64,000 nt of DNA from Stylophora pistillata (taxonomy: Eukaryota). The notes under the pieces were generated by a model. It was not told where the DNA came from, did not search any database, and was given only the letters and a program-made list of their open reading frames with translations. The stretch spans positions 1,492,087 through 1,556,086 of the forward strand of contig NW_019217788.1 of NCBI RefSeq assembly GCF_002571385.2, in the 5' to 3' direction. Below, piece by piece: positions 20,701 to 31,846 of this stretch. Both the position numbers and the translations under genes were made by a program. Positions within the stretch are counted from its first letter, which is position 1; every line of letters starts with the position of its first letter.

Positions 20701-22134
20701 TTGGTTTTGCTTCACTTCACTCTGTGATTTGTGTACAAACCCACGCCGTTCACTCAACCAATCAGATGATAAACTGAAACCAATCACGACTTGGTCGCCC
20801 GCGATTTACCACGTTTTCCCGCGTTTTAAGCAGTTGGCTTTTTTTACTTTGAGCTCTCCGTCGCTCTTGAGGACATTTTTTCCTTTGTTGTAATCAGCCG
20901 TTGTGGTTATGTTGGTTTTGGCTTTACGACATTCAATCGAAAAGGCCTCGTTCTTATAAACTTTAGTTTTTCCTTGAGTCATTGCATTGATAGACTTTCA
21001 CCGAGACAGTCACTAAATACAGCGTTTGACGTTTTTTACAGTACAACTAATTGAATGTAATTATTGTGTGAACTTTCAGAGACAAAGAAAGTCAGCTCAA
21101 GAAAGAAATCAGTGCAAAAGAACTATTTTTACAAAAGGAAAAGGAAATATTCGTCTTAAGGTACAGTATTACAAGAACCACAACTGTGCTCTAGGCACTT
21201 TTGCTTGAGACTCTGATCCCTTTACACCGTAACATCACAATGGATATTCTCCATACTGTTCTTTATACATTTCCTAAGGCGCTGACAAGGGGAATTTGTT
21301 TAACAAGCAAGAGCTTCTTTAGTTATTGACCGTTTCCTTTACTCTTGTGACGCTAATGTTTGATTCAGGGATGATATAGCAAGGATGAGTTCTATGCTAG
21401 TCATTCTAAGTGCTCGAAGGGTCAAGAAGGACAATTGAATGTGCCCGCCATTGAGAGAGTTAAATCTCCTACTGTTCCACAGAAATCAAGAGCAAGAACT
21501 TTTGTTCGAACGAGAAAAGCTAGAAGCCGCCTTTGATCAACATCTAAAGAAACAGGTTGGTAGTTCAGGATTTAAAAGAACAAACTTTCACAGGCCCAGA
21601 CATCTGAATTCTCTGAAAATGATGTGGTGACTCTCTTTGACCCTTTACAACCTAATATTAGCATTCAAATTCGCGAGGAGATTTTGTTTAACAATCAGAG
21701 CTTCCTAGTTTGGTGATCATTTCCGTTATTGTGTTGATCTTAATGGATGGTCCAGCAGTTTTACTAAAATGAGAAAATACATGCTGGTCACTTCTCAAAG
21801 GGTTCTTGAATTGTACTAATTTGTCTAGTTGAACAACCGAAGTCGTCAAATTTTTGTGTTTAGTTCCGTCTCCTTTGAAAGAGTTTTATATAGATCGTCA
21901 CGCAACAAGGTTGTATCTCCATGCTTCAACCCCTGGACGTCACGAAACTTTACAGCGTGACAGTTCAACATAAGCGAGATACTTCAAAGTTGTACTGAAT
22001 TTATTTTTCTGTTTTAGCTCGAGACAGAACAGAAGATTGGTGAAACAGAGAACAGGATTCATCTGGCAAAATTGGAGAACGAGCTGTTGAGACTGTACCA
22101 GAATCTCTATGGATACAATACAGTTATCTATTAG
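1310..22134 (+). CDS. Multi-exon RRM-domain RNA-binding protein with long S/P-rich disordered region and C-terminal coiled coil (~1097 aa)
   Basis: Phase-consistent GT-AG exons: 1310-1462, 4613-4739, 8418-8539, 8905-8996, 13296-13447, 15760-15915, 17215-17356, 17642-19634, 20389-20474, 21080-21160, 21483-21555, 22018-22134 (sum 3294 nt). RRM reads LYSVYTGHLPHDITK-KELVRLFGEVGNVQDVHL...YTYG|FIRY...AIAMLHGRLLGNSTITVEYA (RNP2/RNP1). The 687-aa ORF at 17583 is the long exon. The C-terminal exons read as coiled coil (DKESQLKKEISAKELFLQKEKE, LETEQKIGETENRIHLAKLENELL). The two 5'-most exons are least certain. Confidence 0.8.
1562..1772 (+). mobile_element. piggyBac-like ~200-bp MITE (abundant family)
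   Basis: Matches the copies at 21219-21424, 29173-29352 and 45589-45792 (core ACACCCTAACATCAGTATGCATATTCTCCATAC...GGAGAAATTAGATGCTAGTCACT). Ends resemble TTAA-CCCTT...AAGGG-TTAA. Confidence 0.7.
1813..2153 (+). mobile_element. Non-autonomous element with an internal reverse complement of its joined ends (ICR-type)
   Basis: Left end TAGGTAATCGCATGG, long foldback 1813-1975, internal CCATGTGATCACTTG-TTTATAATATAAGGGACAAAAT, right end ATTTTGCCCCTTATGTGATAAA. Confidence 0.65.
2156..3026 (-). mobile_element. Degenerate ICR-type element in reverse orientation, abutting the previous one
   Basis: Terminus TTATTATCCAAC (2156-2167); internal GTTGGATAATAA-ATCTCTTAT (2896-2916); hairpin core TTTGACTCACCCTATGGGCTCATCAAA; other terminus ATGAGATATAT (3016-3026). 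Confidence 0.5.
3335..4258. mobile_element. Internally deleted PIF/Harbinger DNA transposon
   Basis: TIR AGCCTGGTTCACATAT(A/G)ATC(G/A)CAGA at both ends and TAA TSD (3332-3334, 4259-4261). Minus-strand remnant EIDIEQFMEEIRKYDCLLNCFSKEF resembles a MADF/Myb N-terminus. Plus-strand remnant LLLSSLLKRRITA*SKKKCCFLVQKVLTKRE resembles a Harbinger transposase N-terminus. Confidence 0.85.
4863..5032. mobile_element. Tc1/mariner-type MITE
   Basis: TA-CAGTGGTACCTTGATTGAACGAA...TTCGTAAAATTAAGGTTCCGCTG-TA, imperfect TIRs with TA TSD. Confidence 0.65.
5419..7891. mobile_element. Non-autonomous pogo/Tc1-type DNA transposon carrying a LINE insertion
   Basis: Left TIR CCGTATTTGTCCATGTATAAGTCCACC; right GGTCGACTTATACATGGATAAATACGG; TA on both flanks (5417-5418, 7892-7893). 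Confidence 0.8.
6030..7640 (+). mobile_element. 5'-truncated, decayed non-LTR retrotransposon (CR1/L2-group reverse transcriptase pseudogene)
   Basis: RT motifs in order across broken frames: WKQANIFPIHK, NYRGISLLS, HGFLRGRST, FLDFSKAFD, VPQGSILGP, LYADD, RDLG, LYCSFVRPKVEYASQLWNP. Several stops and frameshifts. 3' end has (TTG)n and AATAAA near 7630. Confidence 0.9.
11276..12091 (-). CDS. Uninterrupted-ORF BEN-domain protein (coiled coil, Pro/Ser linker, BEN), 271 aa, nested antisense in RRM gene intron
   Basis: Intact GC-richer ORF. N-terminal heptads ILENQRAIMVNQATILHNQNKIMRGMEQL. C-terminus SIGNFAVQLLRHIFENNELEKRNCTGTRGKEAVDPERLRFVKETVF...WKHCVRAIDEFLRR fits the BEN domain pattern. CpG-rich region upstream at ~12100-12330. 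Confidence 0.85.
   Translation of the reverse strand: MTMEPNESMNQDRFSAILENQRAIMVNQATILHNQNKIMRGMEQLFTFFPALQSSLPIQNTIPGTVTVAPLPAHLGSSENSRVEQPPVSSATQLPSGAPPPSVSPSPRVENTTPINTPTRPQAPLNSSTPSMVANPVKPLPSSGASSPDTDNEQDVAPPVRPSSFPQQYISADELTQIKCKSCSIGNFAVQLLRHIFENNELEKRNCTGTRGKEAVDPERLRFVKETVFDVYAIASDDKVNTWKHCVRAIDEFLRRPKRMAKGALNKSALF
12575..12875. repeat. Degenerate ~70-80-bp tandem repeat, ~4 copies
   Basis: Recurring ATTACATGCCA(G/T)AG...AGTTATTGGGA(A/T)A units. Confidence 0.6.
13079..13265. mobile_element. Non-autonomous DNA element with GAGG..CCTC ends and 6-bp TSD
   Basis: Ends GAGGTCCTG and CAGGGCCTC; AATTGT duplicated at 13073-13078 and 13266-13271; internal same-strand TGTCG(C) repeats. Confidence 0.75.
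13899..14352. mobile_element. piggyBac-like MITE with a secondary insertion ending in a (TTATCCG)n microsatellite
   Basis: TTAACCCTTTAACTGCCAAGATC...CTTCTGGGAGTTAACGGTTAA. Insert ~14084-14321 is flanked by GAGTT; 7-mer repeat at ~14225-14320. Confidence 0.65.
14643..15133 (+). mobile_element. ICR-type non-autonomous element inserted in a piggyBac-like MITE
   Basis: Left TAGGTAATCACATG; internal CATGTGATTATCTA-TTAATAATATACATG (14801-14829); right CATGTATATTATTAA. Contains 4 x 21-bp TGCACTGAATTAACTCTCTTC. Same family as 26689-27267. Confidence 0.8.
16034..16860. mobile_element. Young inverted-plus-tandem insertion of a 251-bp tRNA-containing unit, 13-bp TSD
   Basis: AATGGCAACTATG at 16021-16033 and 16861-16873. 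About 1.2 units on the minus strand (16034-16344) then about 2.1 near-identical units on the plus strand (16342-16860). Each unit contains GGCTTGTTAGCTCAATTGGTAGAGC...GGTTCGAATCCCGTACAGGCC followed by T7. Confidence 0.9.
19720..19896 (-). mobile_element. Solo LTR (177 bp)
   Basis: TGTTGTG...CACTACA ends, 5-bp TSD GTAAC (19715-19719, 19897-19901), AATAAA on the minus strand near 19784, and a ~21-bp internal tandem duplication. Confidence 0.75.
21219..21424 (+). mobile_element. piggyBac-like MITE copy
   Basis: CCCTTTACACCGTAACATCA...GAAGGGTCAA, same family as 45589-45792. More decayed copies at ~19910-20099 and ~21638-21805. Confidence 0.65.
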
Positions 22135-22199
22135 CTAAATATTTGTTGCGTTTTGTATCGTAGTGCGTTTATTGCATCATCATCATCTGACACTCCATT

Positions 22200-22627
22200 G
22201 GAAATATTTTATGCTTAAAAAGATTTAATGGTTTGATATAAGTTTTCCATCGAAAATAGAAACGCGCAATATTGTTGTTTTCACTTGAGTTTTCTGGTTT
22301 ATTTTCTTTTGCTTCTCTCTAGGTTTGTTTGTTTGTTTGTTTGTTTGTTAGTTTTTTGTCCGTTTTGTTTTGTTTATTTTTCTTTTCTTTACTTTTCTTT
22401 TGTCTTTGTTGACTTGATGGAAATATTTTGCGTTTAAAAAAATTTAATGGTTTGATGCAAGTTTTCATTAGAAAATAGAAACGAGAAACTTTGTTGTTTC
22501 CACTTGAGTTTTCTGATTTTAAATTTCATTTTGCTTGTCTTTAGGTTTTTTTTTTTTGTCCGTTTCTTTTTTTGTTTATTTTTTCTTTCATTTTCTTCCT
22601 TTTCTTTTGTCTTTGTTGACTTGATGC
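22200..22627 (+). repeat. Two-copy ~215-bp tandem duplication in the RRM gene 3' region
   Basis: GAAATATTTT...TTTAATGGTTTGAT...CACTTGAGTTTTCTG...TTTGTCTTTGTTGACTTGATG occurs from ~22200 and again from ~22420. Confidence 0.75.
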
Positions 22628-23844
22628 GATATTTAGCACCTGTGCATGTAATTTATTCGTTTGAGTACTGTCTCAGTACTGGAAATTAATCACCTTATTA
22701 GGAAGACAGTTTTTCGCGTATCATTTTCGACGTGTTATCACGATGCAGTCGTGACCGGAGTGTTTAGTAAGTTACGACATGGTTCTTTTATCTTTAAACC
22801 CAAGGCCAAAATTTTTCAAGCCGGTCTGTAGTAATTCATCTTAATAATTTCACTCCAAAACAGCCTGTATCGCTTTTGGGTTACCCCTTCTTCTTTGTTG
22901 TCTGTTGAGCCTGGGGATGAGCTTTATCATTTAGAACAGAGATTATAAAGTTATTAATCGTTGTTGAAGCTTGAAAAATTTCTCGAAGAATACGTTCGAA
23001 AATTGTACATTCTATGGGAATCAAGAAAGTCAGAGCGTTTGAGACTATTTTGGCAGAATAAATCTATTTTGGGGACCCAGTGTTATATGAAGTTTATGGT
23101 TGTTAAAGTTTAAAAAAATTTACGTTTGCTTGGAACTAAGGAAAGTTAAGAAAGATTATTATGTGAAGAGTACTTTTGGCAGAATAAAATATTTTTGTAG
23201 GATGGTATTTTCTTGATTGATTTCAATGTTGTCGTTATGGAGGACTAAAGTATTTTAGTCTCGGTTAATTTTTTCTCTCTCTCCTATTTTTACGGTAGAG
23301 AGAACAATTGACCTTTTTGGAAAGGTTTTTCTAGCTCTCTAGTTTCTCCACGGGTGAAACAACAGACGCTCTAGCCGGAAGGTGCCAATCCTTTCCTGAG
23401 TCATTACTTCGTGACTGTCTTAATGACGAGGACGCCTTGACTCAGCAAATCTGACTTTGTACCAAGTTCTAGCATGTGCTCTTCTTGCAAGCAACACTGG
23501 CTGGGGCGTTCGTAGCGCCTGTCAATGCCTGCCAGTTTTGGATATTATCATAGGCAATAGCCCCCAAGGGTTCACGTCAGTAATGGACACGTAATAGATT
23601 TGTGTTTGGTTAGTTTCCACAATCAATCAAAGATATGGTCAATTTGATTTTATCAACTGGGTTCTTAATGTAAATTGGCCACCATAAATAATTTGTAACT
23701 CGGCTGATAAAGAGACAAAGTTTGCCTTGTTTTCTTTGTTCTCATAGGTTGATTAAAAAAAAAAAATTAACTTTAGTAGCTAACACAATTATTGATAACC
23801 CAGTAGTTTACATTGTGGGCTGTAAACAAATAATTCAAAATGAA

Positions 23845-24026
23845 CATAATTTTGTTAAGAATCCCAACTGGCTGGAGGCAAACCAGTTTGCTATTCACAA
23901 GCATGGCCGAGGATTTGAACTCGGAGCTACCGTGAAACAAATCCTGGTAGTGGTCAGAGCGGGACTTGAACCCGGGACGACGGATTGCGAGTCCGACACG
24001 CTGACCACTCGGCCATGCTGCCTCCC
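23845..24026 (-). mobile_element. tRNA-derived SINE
   Basis: Minus strand reads GGAGGCAGCATGGCCGAGTGGTCAGCGTG...GGGTTCAAGTCCCGC (A and B boxes). Related to the plus-strand copy at 51767-51940. Confidence 0.75.
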
Positions 24027-25390
24027 ATTACCCCCTCTTTACCGGCATGGCCCAATTGTTCGAAGGCCGATTAGCGCAAACCCAAGGTTAAATTGAAATC
24101 CGGGCTTCTTTATTCCTTTGTTCAAAAGCGTTTTCCGGATAAGTTTCTCAGTTAGAATTAAAGCACTCAGTCACCACTGTAGACAAATATAATTATTCTG
24201 AATTTTCTTTTAAAGCCTTCAGATCTGAAAGCAGATTTCACACTTAACCCTGTGAACAACCCAGCCCAGGGCTTTATCCCTCCCGTCTCTCTCCCCCCCC
24301 CAAAATTCTCGAATGGAAGACCACACGAGTCCCCTCAGGGTAGAGGGGAGAAAAATTGCCTGTCTTTAGTTATTCAACATCTCACCCGGATATTTAATCA
24401 AGAGCATCGGCGTTTCTAAGTCTCGAATTTTACTAATCTCCACCCATGCTTCACGCAATATCATCGATCGATAATCGCGTTGATTTCATTCCTTCGAGTC
24501 AGTGTTCTTACCAAGGCGATGTGATTCCGTAACATCCACAAGAAATGTAGACGTGATGTAAACAATCGCTTCGATCGTCTTTTTAGAACAAAGAAGAGAA
24601 ATTTGAAATAATTCCGTGATCAATAAGGTTTCATGATATTTTCTTGACGCGTGGATTTCTCTTGTTTCCTGAACCCCCGTTTCCGCTGCTCGTTAGAGAG
24701 AATTTGATACGCTGGCACAGATAAGTCACCCTTACGCAGTAATTTTCAATTCCTGACAAACGATGTCCTTGTACGTGCACGAGGCTGGTTTTCAGAGACG
24801 AGGAGGAACGAAAGGTCAATGGAGAGAGAAGTGGCTTTCAAAAGGAACACTTGGCTAAAAAAAAAAAAAAAAACGATTCATTTATTATCTTATGTTTATT
24901 ACTTTGGCGCTTTAGAACTGTAAAATTTCTACTCAATAACTGGAAGAAAAACTGAAAATTGCCGAGTCACATGGGATTGTCGATAATTCAATCCAAATCA
25001 ATGTATCCGCAGGAAATTCGTATCGCCTATAAAAAAACGGGAAGAATAGGATCGGGATAAAAATATATTCCCTCCGTTCTCTTAACTTCACAGGCAATAT
25101 TGTCGAGGCGTGTAACAATCTTCCAATTGCTAAACAAACATTATTGCTAAACAAACATTATTGCTCAACGGTAAGGAAACCCTTTCAACAGGCGACCCAC
25201 TGAAAAGCGCATTACCATCGCGCGTTTCTTTTTTTTTGACAGCTGTTTTATTTTTGTTGTTATTTGGGTACGTGGAGTCAATTACGCAAAACGACAGAGA
25301 CACTTAAAAGTAAGTCTTGCTCTGTCTGTGCACTGCATTGGCAGACATCACCAATAGTTGGGAGCATAACATCATTAAGTACTGACTGAA

Positions 25391-28300
25391 ATGGGCGTTC
25401 CTAAATTATTTACCTGCTTTACAAAGCCCGAAAACCCTTCGAAGCGGAAGGATCGTACTCCTCTGCGCCAAAGAGTCTCTTACTCCACGGGCCATATCTT
25501 CAACGACTTGTGCTCCGCTGTTTGGTTGACCTACTTCATCGTGTACTTCAACAAAGTCGTTGGACTTTCCACCACGGACACTGGGCTTCTCTTCCTCATC
25601 GCTCAAGGCGCTGATGCTATTCTGACACCGTTTATGGGCATCGGTTGTGATCGACTCGTCATTAAACGCTTCGCGCCTTACGGTAAGAGGAAAATTTGGC
25701 ATTTGTTTGGCACGATTTTCGTGGCGATTGCGTGGCCGTTCATCTTGAGCCCTTGCTTGGCGTGCTCAGAAGATAGCCCTAGCTGGTTCCCACTGCTTTA
25801 CTATTCAATAACGGTGGTAATTTTCCACGTCGGTTGGGCAGGGGTGCAAATTGCGCATCTTTCGCTTATTCCAGAGATCGCTAGACGACCCAGTGAAATT
25901 GTTGAGTTGAACGCCATCAGGTAAGCGTCATATTAAGCAGGTCTTAACAAGCTGACCATTGACCTTTATTTTATAAGCTTTATCGGAAAAGGTTTTTTTT
26001 CTTGACGTTGTATCTGTCATTTTTTTGGGAGAAAAATAAACTAACATCAAAAGTTCCACTCAAAAAATATAATCAAAGTAAACATTTTTCCTCTGTCTTT
26101 TTAAGTTTTCATACTAGAGAAGTTTTCGTACCTGTGATTTGTAAAAAGTTTTTTTTTTTTTTTAACTTCATTGCCCTTGTTTCGCACATCAAATTTCACA
26201 ATCAAACGTGATTCAGTCTAAAGGCTTTCACTGAAATTTTTATTGGACACCGCCCACAATAAGTGCTGTTTATAAACAAACAACCCTCCAAGCCTTTGCT
26301 TTCAGAGTATACAAGTTAACAAAAATTAAGATTAAAACAAACAACTAAGAGCCAATGTTACCGACGTAGATAATTTGCCTGTCTCGAAAATTATTATCCA
26401 GGAGATATCTAGTTCACCATGCTAACTGTTGTTTGTTACTTCAGCGGGTAGATAATCTAGGGGAGTCTTTGTATTCTAAATTTGTGAACTAACTTCTGTT
26501 TTCAGATCTGGTTTGACTTTTGTATGTGGCATCTTCATCTACTCGGTAACATGGATTCTGTTGGGGCAAGCGAGCGAGGAAGGCATCAGCCATGGCTTAT
26601 GGAAAGAATTCACGGTACCAATGCGTTAATGTTCACTTTGTGTCACTAACTTTTCACCAAAACATTTCTAACAATATGTGTTTTTTACTTAGTAATATAC
26701 ATGAAAAAATCACTCAGTTCTGATTGGTTAAGATAAATGCAGTTTTCAGGTAATTCAGTGCAGAAAAGTTAATCAGAGCAAAAGAGGGTTAATTCAGTGC
26801 AAAGAAAGTAACAAACCAGACATTCTGATTGGTCAATAATCAAAAAAACCCACAGAATTACCAAACTCGCTGAACAATTCCTTGAACTGTTTGGTCAGAC
26901 TTTGAATTTTTTTTGTGCCTTTAAGATGTGAAAATTTCATTTTATCTTATTGTTTTGATCGTGCGCGGTTGTTTTGAGCGAACGCACAATGTCACTAGCA
27001 GGGTTTGAATAAATTATTTTTACACGTGATGCACGCGCTTTTCCTCTGCATAATTATGATAAGCAACCTCGTATTTTTTCATGTATATTATTAAGACATA
27101 ATCACATGATTTTTCTCGTGCAGTTTGGAATAAATAAACTCTTGTAAATTTTTTCAAAGACCACAAATTGCACTCGCCCTACAGGCTCATGAATTTTTGT
27201 CAGTCTTTGAAAAAATTTGCTTGTGCTTGTTTATTCCAAATTGCACTTGAAATCATGTGATTACCTATTAAAAACACCCTGGAAGCTTGCGTTCAGTGCA
27301 AATTTTCAACTACATGTGCCGAGCTTAAGAATGAGAATGTGCCGTAAAAGGCGTCCTTCCTCTTTGATTGTTTATTCCAACTTTGTACGCTGTAGCAACA
27401 TCCAGTTTTAACCCCTGATTTGAAATATTTCTTTTTGTTTTTATTGCTCAAGTCTTATGGTTTGTGATATGTGAGAAGTTCGTAAGAAATTTTGATAAAA
27501 TAAACTTATGTCAACATTTGACAGAGCTGAAAAAGTCATAAAGAAGCATGTTATATTTATTGCGTTTCTATCTGATTTTAGCAACTCAGCTTAATTGTTG
27601 TAGCGATTGGGTTCATGTTTTCTTTCGTGTTTCACTGGGGAACAATTGAACCAGCTTCTTCCACAACTTGTAAAAGGGAGGAACTCACACAAGGTAGCCG
27701 AGTTGTATCAAATTTTACTTTTAAGTTACTACTTTGCAAAAGGGAGATTTCCCCTCTTTGATAAGAAACCACTTTTTGATCATTTTAATTTCGCTCAGTT
27801 AAGTTTTGTTTTCCATGATTGAAATTCTCAGCGATTTGTGAGAAATTTTCATGAAAGTCTGTGGATTAGAAGAGTTTCATTCTAGTCGAACTAAGTTTTA
27901 CGTCAGCCGGATCTTTCAGCATAAAGGAGCTAATTGTTAAGTTCTGAATCTGAAATATTTCGCCAAATTTTCTTGTTGGTCATTTTCCATCTGTCTCGCT
28001 CTTCCCTTTCCTTAGACATCTTCGTTCCCTTTTAATATTGGTTTGCCATTCCCATATTTTCGCTTTTACCATCTTATCAACTCGATATTTTCTCTCTCAA
28101 ACGTCAATTTCACATACCCCGCCACAGAAATGCTTTATATTATAACAGTGTATTTTTTGTTCTCACATTCACATTTTTCCTTAGAACCGCTGGACGAACA
28201 TTCCTCTGATCAAAGCCCCTGTGTGGAGATTGTGGAGAGAGATACCCCATCACACAAACCCAAAACATGGCGGCAGTGGTTCAAAGATCCTCGATTTTAC

Positions 28301-31300
28301 GTGGTGAGATGAAGCTTCTTCTACCTCTCCGTAATTGGCTAATGGAACTCACACCTGCACATATTCAGCCAATAGCGCGCTGGACAATAAAATCAGTGCA
28401 ACGTGGTTGTACGCGTTTTCGCGCGCTCTCGCATATGGCGGGAAAAGTGTGCGAATCCTTTGAGTTCATCTCTTGTCTACCTGAAAAAACGACTGACACG
28501 ATTTGCCTTAATGAATTTCAAAAGTCGAGGTCTTTCGTGAAATATGTCAGCATTAATTGTTTAAGCTGTATTCACCCACTGACCGGCTGATCTGTGCTTT
28601 TAATTTCTTTCAGATGGGCGTCGTTTACACCTGCAGTCGTATCACAGTGAACGTTTCCCAATCATATTTTCCATTCTACTTAACGGAAACGCTTCGCTTT
28701 CAGAAAGTATGTTTAACTGAACATCTTTAATAATTCCATGGTTCAACTGAAGATGTCCTATCAAAAAGATTCACTCACTAAAAAGTTGCCATAAGTGTTC
28801 ATTTACTCCGGGACTTCACCTGTGGGAACATTACTCGAATAAAGCTTTCAGTGTTTTCTACAAAACGTTAAGAACATTTTTCGGTCGACGATAAACTTTT
28901 ATTTTTGATGGACATCTTTCCCACAAATGCCGAAGACGGACTTCAAAAACTCTAAACTTGGAGTATTTAGTTTTCCCCATGCAGGGCTTTCATACATGTC
29001 ATCGTTTCTTTTATAATTTTTTCCTTTCATTTTTAACTGCATTTCGACTTTCTTCCAATTTCGTTTTGCAGGAGGCCATTGCGTATTTTCCTTTGGTCAT
29101 TTTGATCAGTGGTGCCATGTCAAGTGTTCTCGTAAAGGGAATCAGCAAAAGCCTGGGTACCAAGGTGAAAACTTAGCCCTTTACACCCTAACATCAGTAT
29201 GCATATTCTCCATACTGTTCTCTATACATTCCTAAGGTGCCGACAAGGAGAATTTGTTTAACAATCAACAGCTTCTTTATTTGGCGATCATTTCAATAGC
29301 GATATTGTAAGGAGAAATTATATGCCAGTCTCTCTTAGGGATAAAAAGGTGAAATCAAGGTCTGTCTAAGTTTATTGCTGGTTAAAATTAACAAACTTTG
29401 AGAGAAATCCGACCTTGACACACAGTGATCAGTGCTCAATCACGAATGAAACTAAGGAGGGAATATTCTTCATTTCGTTTTCAACCAAAGGTGTGGCGCA
29501 ATTTCTGCGAATGAAAGGGGAACTAACGGTGCAGTGTAATATCCTAATTGATAACGGTCGATAACAAGAAAAATCTCGCTTCACTTACTTGACAGAGAAT
29601 ATTATTTTCATGCAGTTTCTTTGTCTTTTTTTTTTCAGTGGACCTTCTGTTTAGCTTGCGCAGCTGTCCTTGGCGCGTGCACTTGGTTTTATTTTCAGAC
29701 TGTCTCAGGTCGGGTGGCTGTGTACGCGGCGGCCTTCATTATGGGAAGCGGTAATTCTGTCATGCTCGTGACTGTGCTGTCTATGACCGCTGACATGATT
29801 GGAATCGATAAGGTAAGAGAACCGAGATCTCCATTGTACTTGAACAAGAGATTATAAACAGTCGATATCCTATTGACCGGAAGTGTAATCTTGCACATCT
29901 CACATGCAAAATAAAAAAAATGAAAAAAAAAAACAAAAAAACAAAAAAAAAACCAGAGAAAGAGGCTTTAGAGAAGAATCTCTTTCACACAAGATGTTAG
30001 ATTAAGTAACAGGTTCTAGTCTAAACAAGTTTTTGTCGCTTTACTTCTAGGCCTCTGGAGGCTTCGTTTACTCAGTGATGGGTTTCTTGGACAAAGGATT
30101 CGTGGGGGTAGTGGTACTTGTCATTCAGACATTTTATCCTGACAGTCCTGACGGGTATGAACATGAAGAACATGAAGAACATGTTGTATGTAGCTCGCGG
30201 GCAGGTCTTCGTTTTAGCGCTACGGCACAAGCGTTTCTGCGCTCGAGAGAAAGTTTAACGCCTAGAGCCGGCGAGAGGTCTACGAGGGGTCTGGCACTAA
30301 TGAAACCATATACTAATCTCGTACCCAGATCCCACCCATCCTTGGCCGCGGAAGGTCTGGGTACAAGACGAACTTTTTACACCCCTTGAAGACCCTTCAC
30401 CAGTTCGCGTTTCTGGAGGCCTAAAACTTTCTTGCGAGAAAAACTCCCTCCTATTTGTACTTATCACGTAATTTTAACTCAGGGTTCGTCTGCGCGAAAC
30501 CCTATATATATATGGTGAAATCAGTTCAGAGCTGAGGGTTCGATTGTGAGTGTAAGTTTAAGTCACCAGACAGTCATGAGACCAGTTATCAATAAACGTC
30601 CAACTTATCGCACAACAAAGGCTCATGGGACACGAACATCTTTCCAGAGATCTAAATCACTGAAGAAGAATTTATTTTGTTTTTTCGTTTTTCATTTTCA
30701 GGGTGACATGCGAACAGTGCAGCAATTATGTGCGTATTGTATTTACCCTGGCACCTGGAATATCAGCTGTCATTTCCCTGGTAATCGTTGGACTTTGTTT
30801 TAAGTCAAAATTTGTCCTGTCCTGTCGGCCGAGAAGTAAGTTATGACCCATTACACTTAAGCATTGGGCTTTCATTTTCTCTTAAATGCACTGATGGTTA
30901 ATTCTTCGCATTTTCATGAGAATTTTTTTAGCTTAAAGATATTTAACAATTCTTGGCCGAATAACTGTTCTAGTATAATTGCTCAGGTGCTTCCGAATTC
31001 TCTTTTAAACTCTGTAGACAAAAGAAAGCATTGCGCATATTTTGTTACAACCGTTGTAATTACTCGTATTTAAGATAGATAAGCAAGAAGTTTCAGCAGG
31101 TTTAATTGATTCAATCAGAAAAAATTCATATGTTACTTTTGAAAAGTGTTACGCTTAACTTGGTAGCATCTATTGTACTCATCAGAATTGTATTTTCTTC
31201 TTTCGCGTTTATCATTTCCTGCATAACATCTATAAACGTTTGGCAGCCATTTTTTGAAATTTATCGCCCCTGTTATAATCACCTCGCGCGTGCTGATTAG

Positions 31301-31846
31301 AGCATGATATGAAGCAATCCTCGACCAATCACAGCGCGCCCATCTCTATAATCACCGGAGCAATCATACTAATGATTATTTATTACCCATCATCATGTTG
31401 ATTGGATAGGATCTTAGATTGCAATTTGTTTACGTTACCAATATATTTTATCAATTAGCCATTGTTTGTTATCACGCGACCCACAGCTGAGGTTTAATCC
31501 CAATGGTGTCATTGTTTACCTGCTGGGGCGGGGGGAGGGGGATTTGGAGGACAGAGATCCACCTATAGGGCCTTGTCATATTCTTAACCTCCCTTATTAG
31601 CAGTTGATTGACCACCAACTTTCAGCTAGTGACGACTGATCCCTGTGCGTCCCCCCTGAAAATTATGTGATCCCCAAAATCCTCCATCCCCTTCCCCCCC
31701 TTATGACTAGTCCCTTGAACAAAGGTTTTACTTACTATCAACTTTTCACAGTTGAAAAAGCAGATCAGAGCACGCAGACAACAACCATGGAATACCTTGA
31801 AGACCTTTACGAGAAGATCTGTGAGCTCCCTAGTTCTAACGTTTGA
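25391..31846 (+). CDS. MFSD12: MFSD12-like major facilitator superfamily transporter, paralog A (~520 aa, 10 coding exons)
   Basis: Exons 25391-25920, 26506-26614, 27582-27693, 28185-28303, 28614-28706, 29072-29164, 29639-29812, 30051-30154, 30702-30835, 31752-31846 (1563 nt, phases consistent). MFSD12-type motifs YSTGHIFNDLCSAVWLTY, YGKRKIWHLFGT, GWAGVQIAHLSLIPE, GFVYSVMGFLDK. Confidence 0.9.
26689..27267 (-). mobile_element. ICR-type element, reverse-orientation copy of the 14643-15133 family
   Basis: Ends TTAGTAATATACATG and CATGTGATTACCTA; internal junction CATGTATATTATTAA-GACATAATCACATG (27080-27108). Confidence 0.8.
29173..29352 (+). mobile_element. piggyBac-like MITE copy just after MFSD12-A exon 6 donor
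   Basis: TTAGCCCTTTACACCCTAACATCAGTATGCATATTCTCC... with an internal deletion relative to 45589-45792. Confidence 0.7.
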
